Of a stretch of DNA of 64,000 nt, positions 27,124 to 35,965 are shown piece after piece. The notes beneath the pieces were generated by a model that worked only from the letters and a program-made list of their open reading frames with translations, was not told where the DNA came from and made no database searches. The position numbers and the translations under genes are program-made. The stretch comes from a virus. The stretch's first letter is position 1, and each line of letters opens with the position of its first letter. The stretch covers positions 32,001-96,000 of the IMG/VR virus record IMGVR_UViG_3300042874_000443; one strand, written 5' to 3'.

Positions 27124-27570
27124 TCAGCGAAGTGCTTGCGCAACTCCCTGGCTCAGTTCAGGCGGCAGACCATGGAGACTGGTGCCGACGCCTGTTAGGC
27201 CGCCGAGCAACGCGCCCAGTACGCCCGCAGGAAGCGCGCTTTGCTGTTGCTGGTAGGGGTCGTTCGACATGAGCTTGGGTGCCATTCCGATGCCCGCACC
27301 GACGGCGGCAGGCATTGCAGCCCGACGCAAGAGTGCCATGAGCGCAGGGCTCTCGGCGATCTTCTCGTTGGTCAGCGTGGCGTAGGCCGCGATGCCGTCA
27401 GCGATCGAGCGTGCTTCCTTGCGACGCATGAAAGCCTTCATGGCGATCGTTCCGACGGCTTCTTTGATCGTCAGCTCGGGAAGTCCGAGCATTGCGCCGG
27501 CGATCTTGTGGAGACCTTGTGCGGCGACAGCGGCTGTGACGTGCGAGGGGATGAGGTCGTCGAGGTTCAT
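27124..27570 (-). CDS. K-x-A glycine-zipper protein
   Basis: ATG at 27570 (MNLDDL); HKIA, EKIA then GxxxG helices. Confidence 0.7.
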   Translation of the reverse strand: MNLDDLIPSHVTAAVAAQGLHKIAGAMLGLPELTIKEAVGTIAMKAFMRRKEARSIADGIAAYATLTNEKIAESPALMALLRRAAMPAAVGAGIGMAPKLMSNDPYQQQQSALPAGVLGALLGGLTGVGTSLHGLPPELSQGVAQALR

Positions 27571-27572
27571 GG

Positions 27573-28670
27573 CTATCCTTCGGCACGTGTCCAACGCGCC
27601 CAACCCGGGCCAGCTTCCACCGTACCGCCATCACTGGGATAGCGATAAGTGGGTTCATATGGATTGATGGGTCCGGCGGAAGCGGATGGTGTCGCCAAGC
27701 GTTGATGCAGGGCACCACCAAGCCCTCCGACCGCAGCACCGCCAAGCGCCCCGCGCATGGCACCGTGCATCCGGTCGTCAGGGTTGGCCAGCGCTCCGCT
27801 GACTGCACCCACGCCCCCGCCCATCAAAGCTCCGCGTCCGAGCGCCGGCAGTAGTTCTTCGATACCTGCACGCTTGTCTCCACCGCCTGTGACGGCGCGC
27901 TCGGAGTCGGCGAGCAGCTTGATCGACATGTAGTCCGGGCCCGAGCCGGACATGACAGCCTGGCGAAGGAACGAGCGTACCGCGTTCTTGTCGGTGGAGA
28001 GCACCGGCGCGAAGCGGGTCATCGTGTGATAGGCCTCCATCAACGTCGCGTCGTCGGCGCTCGCGAGGACCGAGTCGGTCTTCTTGAGGTCGCCGATGAT
28101 CGCTTCGCGCGCGGACGCATCGCCGGCGTGTCCTGCGGCCTCCATCGCTTTGTTCGCGATGTCGCGCAGGAGACCGACGCTGGATTTGCCGATCTCCGTG
28201 CCTGCTGCCTCGATCGCCTTTCGGCCGCCGAGGCTGAACGGGTCCTGGCGCTGTCCGAACTCTTGGCCGAACAGTTTCTTCTCGACGAGTTTGGAGAGCC
28301 CCGAAGCGACACCGCCTGCAGGGGCGCCGCCGATGGCGCCGAGGCCGCCCATCACACCACTGCCGAACGACTTGGCGGGCCCTGACTGCCCCGCGCTTTG
28401 TGCGCCCGAGCGCGCGCGGCTGAACAGCGCGTAGAGTGGATTGTATGGCGTCATCGCGCCCGAGGGCGGCTGCGGCGCTGCCCCCGTCTTGAACGTTCGG
28501 TCTCCCTGGTTGAGCGCATGCTCGGTCGAACGCGACCGCTCCAACGCCTTGTGGACGATTCCGGGGATCATCATGCCGACCGCGAGGGGCAGCATGACGC
28601 CCGCGCGCTTCTCGACATGTCGACGCATGCCTTCGCGCGCGACCAGTTCGAGGACATCGCTCAGCTGCAC
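27573..28670 (-). CDS. Multi-module glycine-zipper core protein
   Basis: EKRA, FKTG, DKRA delimit modules; helical RFAPVLSTDKNAVRSFLRQ domain; start GTG 28670 or ATG 28628. Confidence 0.7.
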   Translation of the reverse strand: MQLSDVLELVAREGMRRHVEKRAGVMLPLAVGMMIPGIVHKALERSRSTEHALNQGDRTFKTGAAPQPPSGAMTPYNPLYALFSRARSGAQSAGQSGPAKSFGSGVMGGLGAIGGAPAGGVASGLSKLVEKKLFGQEFGQRQDPFSLGGRKAIEAAGTEIGKSSVGLLRDIANKAMEAAGHAGDASAREAIIGDLKKTDSVLASADDATLMEAYHTMTRFAPVLSTDKNAVRSFLRQAVMSGSGPDYMSIKLLADSERAVTGGGDKRAGIEELLPALGRGALMGGGVGAVSGALANPDDRMHGAMRGALGGAAVGGLGGALHQRLATPSASAGPINPYEPTYRYPSDGGTVEAGPGWARWTRAEG

Positions 28671-29605
28671 TGCGTCCTCGCGTAGGCGGCGCCGTTCTTG
28701 AGACGCATCGCTTCCTTCGCGATCTTCACCATCGTGGCGAAGACACGGTTGGTCTCGGTGTCGTCTACGAGGTGTCGGTCGGCGAGTGTGGCCGTCTTGG
28801 TTGCAGCGTCGTCGAACGAGAGCTGTGGGAGGTTTCGCGCAGCCTTGACCATGTTCAGCACGACGATGCCGACCTGGTCGTTGTGTAGCGCGAGCGCGTC
28901 TTTCTCGAACGCGTCGGGCGACGGTGCGCCGTGCGCGCGGTTGAGGTGCTGCTGCAGGTTGGCGAAGGCGTCTTCGAACGCCCACTCGGCCTGCTTGTAC
29001 TGGTCCTCGAGCACGTCGGCGAGCTTGTTCATGCGGCGCGAGCGGAACGCAGCTTCCTTGGGCTCGTCCTTTTCAGGAGGCTTCGGCGGCGCCTTCTTCT
29101 TCGGCTTGTCCGCGTCGTCCTTGGCCTTCTGTTTCTCGCCCTTGGGGAACGGCCCGTCGTTGTCGTCATCGTCATCGTGGACGTGGACTTCGGGATCGTC
29201 ACCGTGGACGTGAACGTTCTGGTCTGCGCCGCCGTGCATCTCGTCGGGCAGGGGACCTTCATCACCGTCGGGCTCGGTGTGCGGCATTCCGCCAGGCATC
29301 GCGCCCGCTCCTGCGTCCATGTGCGGGACGTCGGTCTGTCCGACGATCTGCTGCATGATCTGGCGCGGGTCGATCGGGTCGAACTCGTGCGTCATGTCGG
29401 CGCCGCCCTGCGCCTTCTGTTGATCCATCAGACGCAGGAACGCCATCGTGTTGGCGGACTGCACGAGGCGCGCGATCTGGTCGGGGTTCAGCTCGCCGCC
29501 CATGGCTTCGGCCGTCGCCGCGTCTGCGAGCTTGTCACCGTGCATGAAGCGATCGACGACGCGTTCCGCCATCTGATCGAAGTCTTGCTCTCGAAATGCG
29601 CGCAT
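28661..29605 (-). CDS. Head/core protein with acidic His-rich disordered middle
   Basis: ATG 29605 overlaps upstream stop; LNPDQIARLVQSAN; VHVHGDD repeats; KEA/KLA/KQA/KTA sites. Confidence 0.7.
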   Translation of the reverse strand: MRAFREQDFDQMAERVVDRFMHGDKLADAATAEAMGGELNPDQIARLVQSANTMAFLRLMDQQKAQGGADMTHEFDPIDPRQIMQQIVGQTDVPHMDAGAGAMPGGMPHTEPDGDEGPLPDEMHGGADQNVHVHGDDPEVHVHDDDDDNDGPFPKGEKQKAKDDADKPKKKAPPKPPEKDEPKEAAFRSRRMNKLADVLEDQYKQAEWAFEDAFANLQQHLNRAHGAPSPDAFEKDALALHNDQVGIVVLNMVKAARNLPQLSFDDAATKTATLADRHLVDDTETNRVFATMVKIAKEAMRLKNGAAYARTQCS

Positions 29606-30276
29606 CAGTGAAGAATCTCCCCATGGGGCACGACGTCTTCTGCGTGCCACGTCATCTCACGGTGCTTCAACTTGAGCAACGTTTCGGCCACGCTGGGGAT
29701 GGTCCGCTTGGCGGCTGCACCGGCCGCGCTCGTTGCAGTCTTCATCAGCTGGTGCGCGGCGACAGCGTCGGCGCTCGCGATGTTCGATGCGCGCAGCGTA
29801 CTCAGGCCACGGAAGTACGTCTCACGCATGACCTGCTGGTTGACGTGGTCAGGCTCGAGCTTGGAGGGCAGGCCGCACAGGTGCGCGATTGCTTCGACGC
29901 CGTCGAAGTGCAGCGCGCGTTCGAGCAAGAGCTTGCCCGCGTGCGTGCCTTTGTACTGGTGCACCCAGCGCATCATCTCCAGCTTGTCACGGAACATGAA
30001 GAGGTTGCAGCAGAGATGACGGTAGGGCGCGAGGACTTCGAGCGGGAAGCCCAGACGCTCGCTGATAGCGTTGTCCGATGCGCCCGCGATGATCCACGCC
30101 TGAAGCAGCTCGCGCTCGAAGGTGTCTTCGTACGCGTCGACCACACGGATGATCGTATCGCCTCCGATGTTGGCGTGCCGGAGCTGCCACAGCGCGGCCT
30201 CGAATGACTGCGCGGGCGCATCGGCTGCAAGCAGCGCTGCGCGATAGCGGTCGTCTGGCTGGCGCTCACGTCGCAT
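29605..30276 (-). CDS. Hypothetical protein
   Basis: 223 aa, overlaps both neighbours. Confidence 0.7.
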   Translation of the reverse strand: MRRERQPDDRYRAALLAADAPAQSFEAALWQLRHANIGGDTIIRVVDAYEDTFERELLQAWIIAGASDNAISERLGFPLEVLAPYRHLCCNLFMFRDKLEMMRWVHQYKGTHAGKLLLERALHFDGVEAIAHLCGLPSKLEPDHVNQQVMRETYFRGLSTLRASNIASADAVAAHQLMKTATSAAGAAAKRTIPSVAETLLKLKHREMTWHAEDVVPHGEILH

Positions 30277-33226
30277 GGTCGTCGGGGTCCTTGACCGATT
30301 GCACGCCTCGGCTCAAGCGGAGCACGAGGTCACCGAGGCCCTTGAACGTGGACTGGAGGTTCTCTTCCAGGCCCGAGAAGGTCTGCTCGCCGATCTGCGG
30401 CTTGAGATCGGACTCCTGCATCCACAGCGTCAACATGACGCGCGCGAGGTTGTCGACCGCCTTCTCGAGGTTCGGCAGGTACTGACCAACCACGCCATGC
30501 AATGCCGGCGACTGTGCGAGCGTCGCCACGGCAGCGGCGTCGAACATGTCGGCTGAATGCAGCTGCGCTGCTTGATCGAGGAAGTGCGGATTGACCTCTT
30601 GCGGCAACGTCTGAGCGTTCGGACCGTTGGGCGGCATCATTGCCATCGGCGGCTGTTGCTGCTGTCCTTGCGACGGATCCATGCCGGGCTGTCCGCCCAT
30701 GCCCCCCATCATTGATGGGTCTTGTCCCATGCCCGGCTGTCCGCCCATGGACGGGTCCATGCCCATCGACGAATCCATGCCTGGTGCGTATGCGCCAGGA
30801 CCTGCATCAGGGCCGAACATTCCACCAGGGCCAGCGTCGACGGTACCAGGTGGCCCCATGTCAGGCTGTCCGCCCATCATTGACGGGTCGCCTGCAGCCG
30901 GTGGGAACGCGCCACCTGGCGGCATGCCCGGCGGAACGGCAGCGCCCATCGACGGGTCCTGAGGCGGCTGGCCCATCCCCGCGGTCATGCCCGGCGGCGT
31001 GCCCGGAGCACCGGTTGCGAGGTTCATCGAAGACGGAGGTGCGCCCATCGCTTGCGTCTGCACGCTCGGCGCGGGCGGTGCGCCGCCTGCGATCTCGGAC
31101 GATCGTTGCAGCAACATCTGGATGGTCTGCTGCTTCTCGACCAGCTTCTGCATCTCCTGCTGGATGTGCTGGTCCATCTCCATTGCGGCGAGGTCCAGCG
31201 GTGCAGGCGGAGGCGGAGCAGGCGGCGGCCCCATCGCGGCCATCGCTGCGTCCTGTCCGAGGTTTGGGTCGCCTTCCATGCCGGGGTCGCCGCCCGGGGG
31301 ACCTGCGTCGGCGCCACCGTTCGACGGCGGCGACTTCTTCTTCGGCTTGTCACCGCTGTCCGACTTCTTCTTGTCACCGCTGTCCGACTTCTTCTTGTCG
31401 TCGTCTGCGGCGAGCTTGTCGAGTCGCATCTGCACGTGCGCGAGCTGCGTCTTGGACGCGATCCACGCTACGGCAGAACGGGCGGATGCTGCCTTCACGA
31501 GAAGCGCCTCGGCGTCATCGACTGAGATGACGCACGCGTGCGCGAGCTTCTTGAGCGCGGGCACGAAGTTCATCGGCGCCATGCCGTTGATGGAGAACTG
31601 GTTGGCGCCGGCGTCCTTGATCGACACCTTCTTCGCGCCGACTGCCGACAGCATCGACGAGACGCAGGCCTGCAGATCGAGCGCGGATGTGAACCACGCG
31701 CGTTCGTTGAGACGCTCCTTGAGCGGGACCCAGATGAAGTCCGGCGGGAGGTAGACGATGTCCGCGCCCTTCGGCATCCAGATCGCGCCGTACGGGTGTG
31801 TTGGGTCGGTGGAGATCGTCTTCTCGGGACCGTAGTCGCCTTCAGTCGCACGGATGCGACGAACGCCGTCCGAGCCCGTCGAGATCGACTTGATCGTGAG
31901 CGGCACCGTGGCCTGGAACGTCGTGCCCTTCTGACGCACGAAGAATCCCTTGCCGGCTTTCGGTTCACCGCTGACGTCGGTGAACAGGCGCTTGTGCAGT
32001 GCGCCGGCGATGTCGTCGGCGACGTCATCGCGTCCCACGAGTTTCGAGGGTTCGATGTAGTCGCCGTTGTCGAACACGGCGAGGTAGGGCTTCGCGTTGT
32101 AGCCGCGACGGATCGCGTAGTCCGCCTCATTGGGCCGACCTTGTGGATAGACCTTGATGGACCCGCGATGCTTCGGATCGTAGTACGAGTTCTCGACGAG
32201 AGGGTTGTGGCCCGGGATCGCTGGACGGCGTCCGTAGCGCGTTCCTTCATCGAACAGGTCGATGGGGTTCGACATCACGAACGCGTGACGCTCTTTGCCG
32301 TCGGACGCGTAGAGTGTGTAGCAGCCCGGCTGGTTGGGCTCGGTCCACCGCTCGTATGGCTGCTCTTGCACGGCCATGTTGCGATCGAGACGCTCGTCCT
32401 TTGCTGCGAAGCCCTTCTTCCGGACGCCGGCGTATGCCTCTCCAGCCCTGTCGCCGAAGATGCGCTTGAAGTCGGTCGGCGTGTTGTCCGCGTCAGCGAT
32501 CCAGAGGGCGCCGCCGTACTGCTGCTTCGCCGCGACTTTCTCGGCACGTAGCGCAAGCGCCGATGCAAGCGCCTTCACGCCGTACGTCGCCGCCGCTTGC
32601 TTCATCAGGCGCGGATTCTTCTCGAGCAGCTTGGTGTACGCGACCTTCAGCTTGTTCGGTGCGGCCGCGAGGAGCGACGGCAGCATCGGTGCGTGGTCCT
32701 CCGCCACCTTTTCGAGCGCCTGCGTGTTGATCACGCGTGCGACATCGAAGAGCGCCTTCGACACCCACGCGGCGTACGAGAAACGTCCGGTGATCGGCGG
32801 CACGACGACGTTGCGGATGTCGACGTCGGTGTAGAGCGTCTCGGGGGTCTTGACGCCGGTCCCGAGCGACGAGAGTGCGTTCTTGTCGATCTCGTCGAGC
32901 CACCCCTTGTTCAAGGGCAGGAAGACGTTCATCGCCTTGTGAAAGAACACCTCGAGCGGCTTGATGGCGTTGTCGACCATCACGACCGGGATGTAGATCG
33001 GCTGTCCGTGGTGCAGCACCACGAACGCACCGACGCCCGATCCCTTGTCGATGTCGACGTCGAGCACCTTGAACGTGACGACGTCCTGCAGCACGTCGGG
33101 CATGCGCGACGACAACAGGTTGTACGCCATTTCGGACATACCTTGCTCGAACAAGGCGGATTCTTGATCCGGGCCCGCACCCATTCCAGCTTGAAGCTGT
33201 TGCGTTCGGGGAGACATTGCCGGCAT
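30266..33226 (-). CDS. Large (986 aa) head/core protein with long Met/Gly/Pro/Gln low-complexity region
   Basis: ATG 33226 overlaps HNH stop; EKVA twice, DKLA; GMDPSMGGQPG-type repeats. Confidence 0.75.
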   Translation of the reverse strand: MPAMSPRTQQLQAGMGAGPDQESALFEQGMSEMAYNLLSSRMPDVLQDVVTFKVLDVDIDKGSGVGAFVVLHHGQPIYIPVVMVDNAIKPLEVFFHKAMNVFLPLNKGWLDEIDKNALSSLGTGVKTPETLYTDVDIRNVVVPPITGRFSYAAWVSKALFDVARVINTQALEKVAEDHAPMLPSLLAAAPNKLKVAYTKLLEKNPRLMKQAAATYGVKALASALALRAEKVAAKQQYGGALWIADADNTPTDFKRIFGDRAGEAYAGVRKKGFAAKDERLDRNMAVQEQPYERWTEPNQPGCYTLYASDGKERHAFVMSNPIDLFDEGTRYGRRPAIPGHNPLVENSYYDPKHRGSIKVYPQGRPNEADYAIRRGYNAKPYLAVFDNGDYIEPSKLVGRDDVADDIAGALHKRLFTDVSGEPKAGKGFFVRQKGTTFQATVPLTIKSISTGSDGVRRIRATEGDYGPEKTISTDPTHPYGAIWMPKGADIVYLPPDFIWVPLKERLNERAWFTSALDLQACVSSMLSAVGAKKVSIKDAGANQFSINGMAPMNFVPALKKLAHACVISVDDAEALLVKAASARSAVAWIASKTQLAHVQMRLDKLAADDDKKKSDSGDKKKSDSGDKPKKKSPPSNGGADAGPPGGDPGMEGDPNLGQDAAMAAMGPPPAPPPPAPLDLAAMEMDQHIQQEMQKLVEKQQTIQMLLQRSSEIAGGAPPAPSVQTQAMGAPPSSMNLATGAPGTPPGMTAGMGQPPQDPSMGAAVPPGMPPGGAFPPAAGDPSMMGGQPDMGPPGTVDAGPGGMFGPDAGPGAYAPGMDSSMGMDPSMGGQPGMGQDPSMMGGMGGQPGMDPSQGQQQQPPMAMMPPNGPNAQTLPQEVNPHFLDQAAQLHSADMFDAAAVATLAQSPALHGVVGQYLPNLEKAVDNLARVMLTLWMQESDLKPQIGEQTFSGLEENLQSTFKGLGDLVLRLSRGVQSVKDPDDHAT
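31346..31398. repeat. 24-bp in-frame tandem repeat (DKKKSDSG twice)
   Basis: cttgtcaccgctgtccgacttctt repeated. Confidence 0.75.
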
Positions 33227-33705
33227 CAGTTGTTCCTCTCGTGCGGGCAGGTCCCGTACAGCCCCTTGGCCATGTTGCAGTTGTGGCAGAGCGTCCGAAA
33301 CCCAGACGGAAAACCGTTCGTGATCAACCAAGCATACAGGTTGGCGTTGTTGATCGTTTTGCGGTGTTGATTGCCCCCGCCATCAATGTGGTCGATGCAC
33401 AGAAACAAGAACTCGCGTTCGCCACAACACGCACAGCGGTCACCGTAGTGCTCGATCACTTGGCGGCGACGGTGTTCGTTCCGAATTTTGGCCGTGTCTG
33501 CGTACATGCGGAGGCATGAATCACAGAAACGTTTGGCTGTCGTCTTCTCTCCACCACATGCGCAGCAACGTCCGCTGTCCTCCAACACCTTTGCATGGTG
33601 ATTGTTTCGACAGCGTTCCGTACAGAAAACCTGCGTGCTTCGTCGTGGCGAGAACGACGTCTCGCAGCTTCGACACACGTTGGTGGTTGTTGCGGACGTT
33701 GACAT
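33226..33705 (-). CDS. HNH homing endonuclease with Cys-rich N-terminus
   Basis: CACCGE...CIDHIDGGG...TLCHNCN; lower GC. Confidence 0.85.
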   Translation of the reverse strand: MSTSATTTNVCRSCETSFSPRRSTQVFCTERCRNNHHAKVLEDSGRCCACGGEKTTAKRFCDSCLRMYADTAKIRNEHRRRQVIEHYGDRCACCGEREFLFLCIDHIDGGGNQHRKTINNANLYAWLITNGFPSGFRTLCHNCNMAKGLYGTCPHERNN

Positions 33706-33731
33706 AAGGGCTAAGCGACCTGTTTAGGTCC

Positions 33732-33902
33732 TCACGAAGAACTTGGGAACGATACGACTTTCGGAAGGTTTGCGTCGGGAAGGCCGCCCAGCTGCTTGGT
33801 CTTCTGTGCCTTGAGCGAGCCGAGCGTCGGGGTGATGATCTCGCCGAGCTTCGCTACGACGGCTCGAAGGCCCGCTTCGCGGATGTGACGCGGAAGGCTC
33901 AC
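33732..33902 (-). CDS. 56-aa peptide with leader-like N-terminus (missed by ORF track)
   Basis: MSLPRHIREAGLRAVVAKLGEIITPTLGSLKAQKTKQLGGLPDANLPKVVSFPSSS*; GTGA overlap. Confidence 0.6.
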   Translation of the reverse strand: MSLPRHIREAGLRAVVAKLGEIITPTLGSLKAQKTKQLGGLPDANLPKVVSFPSSS

Positions 33903-35233
33903 GCGCGCTGCGCGGCGTCGATGCGACGGAACATGTCGCGGAGCGACGCCTCCTTCTTGTCGTCGTCCTTCTTCTCGTTCTTGTCGCCGCCGCCGTCCTT
34001 CTTGGCGTCGATCTTGTCTTGGATGAACGACGGGAGTCCGCCCTTGCTCTCGCCCTTGTCGTCGTCCTTCTTCTCGTCCTTCTTGTCGTCCTCCTTCTTC
34101 ATGAACGGCGGAAGGTCATCGGCCTGTTTGGTGCCCTGGTTGCCCGAGCGCCCGTCGTACGCACCGGGGCGCGAGTGCGTCGCCTCCGGGTTGTGCTCGT
34201 TGTAGTTGCTGCGCGAGCCGGGCGGCAGGTTCGCCGGCGCTGCTGCCGTGCGATCCGCTGCTTCCTTCTGCAGGCCGCGGAGGTAGTACGCCTTCTCCTC
34301 GGTGGTCAGGCCCATGCACGCGCGCACGGCCGCGATCTTGGCGTTCTCGTCGAGAGAGCCCGGCAGATACTCGTGCACCTCGGCCGCGACCTTCTTGAAG
34401 AGAGCGATGTACGGGTCTTCGGAAGCGGCCTTGCCCGAGTGCTCGGTGAGCGAGTTCGAACCGCCCGGCGTCTCGGCCGGCTTGTTCGGCTGCGGGGTCT
34501 CGCGACCGATCACGGCCGGACCCGTCACCTGCTTCATCATCTCGCCCAGGGCGCCCTGGTGCGGAAGAACGGCGTAGCCGGGCGGACGCTGCGAAGCGTC
34601 CATCTTCGCTTCGGCCGACGACATCTCCTTGTTGCCCTTGTCGCCGCCGAGGATGGTCGAACCCTCGGCCGACTTGCGGAAGAGGTCCGAGAGCGACGCG
34701 GTACGCGAGTGCTCCTGCACCGAGTTGTCCTTGGAGTCGGTCTCCTTCGGTTTGTTCGGCTGCTCTTCTTCCTTGCCGACCGCGCCCGGACGCGTGTCGA
34801 CATCGGTCTTGCCGAGGCTGTTCTCGGCGTAGCCCGGCGGACGCTGCGACGCGTCCATCTTGGTCTCACCCTGTGGCGATTCGCCTTCGGTGTTCCCCTT
34901 GTCGCCACCCTCGATGGTCGAGCCCTCGGCAGCCTTCGTCATGAGCTGCGTCGCGTTGTAGTCCGCGACCTTCATGACGTCGTCCCACGTCGCGAGCTTG
35001 TTCCACCCGGCAGCCTTGAAGCCCGGCTGCTTCTTGATCCAGTCCGAAGCGCTGACGAGGTCCGTCGCGATCTTGTGGGTCGTCTCGCGACCGACGCCCT
35101 TCAGCGGGTCGATGTCGACGCGCTCGGCGATGTAGTCCGCGACCTTCGCCGCAGTGGTCTCGTCAGGGAATGCGGCAATGCCGCCGTTGATTAACGCGGT
35201 CTGGATGCCTCGGACGTACGCGTGCTTGAACAT
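33899..35233 (-). CDS. Head/core protein with two ~87-aa internal repeats
   Basis: GAGGAG RBS, ATG 35233 (MFKHAYVRGIQTAL leader); repeat AEGSTI.GGDKGN...KMDASQRPPGYA...QPNKP.ET...NS..EHS. Confidence 0.8.
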   Translation of the reverse strand: MFKHAYVRGIQTALINGGIAAFPDETTAAKVADYIAERVDIDPLKGVGRETTHKIATDLVSASDWIKKQPGFKAAGWNKLATWDDVMKVADYNATQLMTKAAEGSTIEGGDKGNTEGESPQGETKMDASQRPPGYAENSLGKTDVDTRPGAVGKEEEQPNKPKETDSKDNSVQEHSRTASLSDLFRKSAEGSTILGGDKGNKEMSSAEAKMDASQRPPGYAVLPHQGALGEMMKQVTGPAVIGRETPQPNKPAETPGGSNSLTEHSGKAASEDPYIALFKKVAAEVHEYLPGSLDENAKIAAVRACMGLTTEEKAYYLRGLQKEAADRTAAAPANLPPGSRSNYNEHNPEATHSRPGAYDGRSGNQGTKQADDLPPFMKKEDDKKDEKKDDDKGESKGGLPSFIQDKIDAKKDGGGDKNEKKDDDKKEASLRDMFRRIDAAQRA

Positions 35234-35260
35234 GCAAGTCTCCTCGGGGGGAACGGTGGA

Positions 35261-35268
35261 ATGATAGG
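35261..35268 (-). promoter_or_regulatory. -10 element CC-TATCAT
   Basis: CGTCCTATCAT; 27-nt leader containing GAGGAG. Confidence 0.65.
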
Positions 35269-35297
35269 ACGGGACGCTCAAATATCCAACGGTTGCA

Positions 35298-35510
35298 CTA
35301 ACCGAGTGCTTGGGCCTTCGAAGCGCCCGTCGCCATTGGTGGTGCGGATGAGGCTGGTGGAGCCATGGTCGATGCGGGCTGTGGTTGTGTTCCCACGGAA
35401 GCCTGCCCACCGAGCATGGGGTTGTAGCCGGCAGCGCCCTGCTGCATGTTGCCGAGCTTGAAGCGTGCGAACGCAGCAGCGCGTCCTCGGTTGTAGGCGT
35501 CGTTGATCAT
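35298..35510 (-). CDS. Leader-motif peptide
   Basis: MINDAYNRGRAAAFARFKLG. Confidence 0.8.
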   Translation of the reverse strand: MINDAYNRGRAAAFARFKLGNMQQGAAGYNPMLGGQASVGTQPQPASTMAPPASSAPPMATGASKAQALG

Positions 35511-35965
35511 TGGAAGGGGTCCTGTGGTGGTTGTGGCGGTGGGGCGCTACCGAGTAGATGTCCGGCACCATGCCCGAGGCGGCCGCCGAGCGCAGCACCG
35601 AGAGGCATACCAAGCATGCCGCCCGCCATGCCGCCGTATGCACCGCCCGCGAGACGCCCAAGTGTTCCGAGCGCATGTGACGCGCGCCCTTCGTTCGGGT
35701 CTGGATTGGTTACCGCACGCATCGCCATCGGTACCATGGCGAGCGTTCCTGCACGACCAATCCAGTTACCGAACGTACCGTACTGTGATGGCCAGAACAC
35801 GTTCTTCCAATGCAACGCACCGCCTGGTGAGAATGCCTTGGGTCCTTGTACGAACGCACGACCTGCATCACCGATGAGCGACCGTTTGGCGAAGTCGACT
35901 ATCCCAGCCACCTTGAAGTGTGACAGGGCTGCGACTACGCCTTGTTCATGTGCCTTTGACAACAT
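35507..35965 (-). CDS. Leader-motif glycine-zipper protein
   Basis: MLSKAHEQGVVAALSHFKVA; GGAYGGMAGGMLGMPLGAALGG. Confidence 0.8.
   Translation of the reverse strand: MLSKAHEQGVVAALSHFKVAGIVDFAKRSLIGDAGRAFVQGPKAFSPGGALHWKNVFWPSQYGTFGNWIGRAGTLAMVPMAMRAVTNPDPNEGRASHALGTLGRLAGGAYGGMAGGMLGMPLGAALGGRLGHGAGHLLGSAPPPQPPQDPFQ

Noticed and set aside
33227-33331. N-terminal extensions given by the ORF track (1021-aa, 503-aa, 377-aa, 309-aa sigma, 470-aa and others)
   Set aside because: They overlap neighbouring genes; downstream starts have an RBS or ATGA coupling and were used instead
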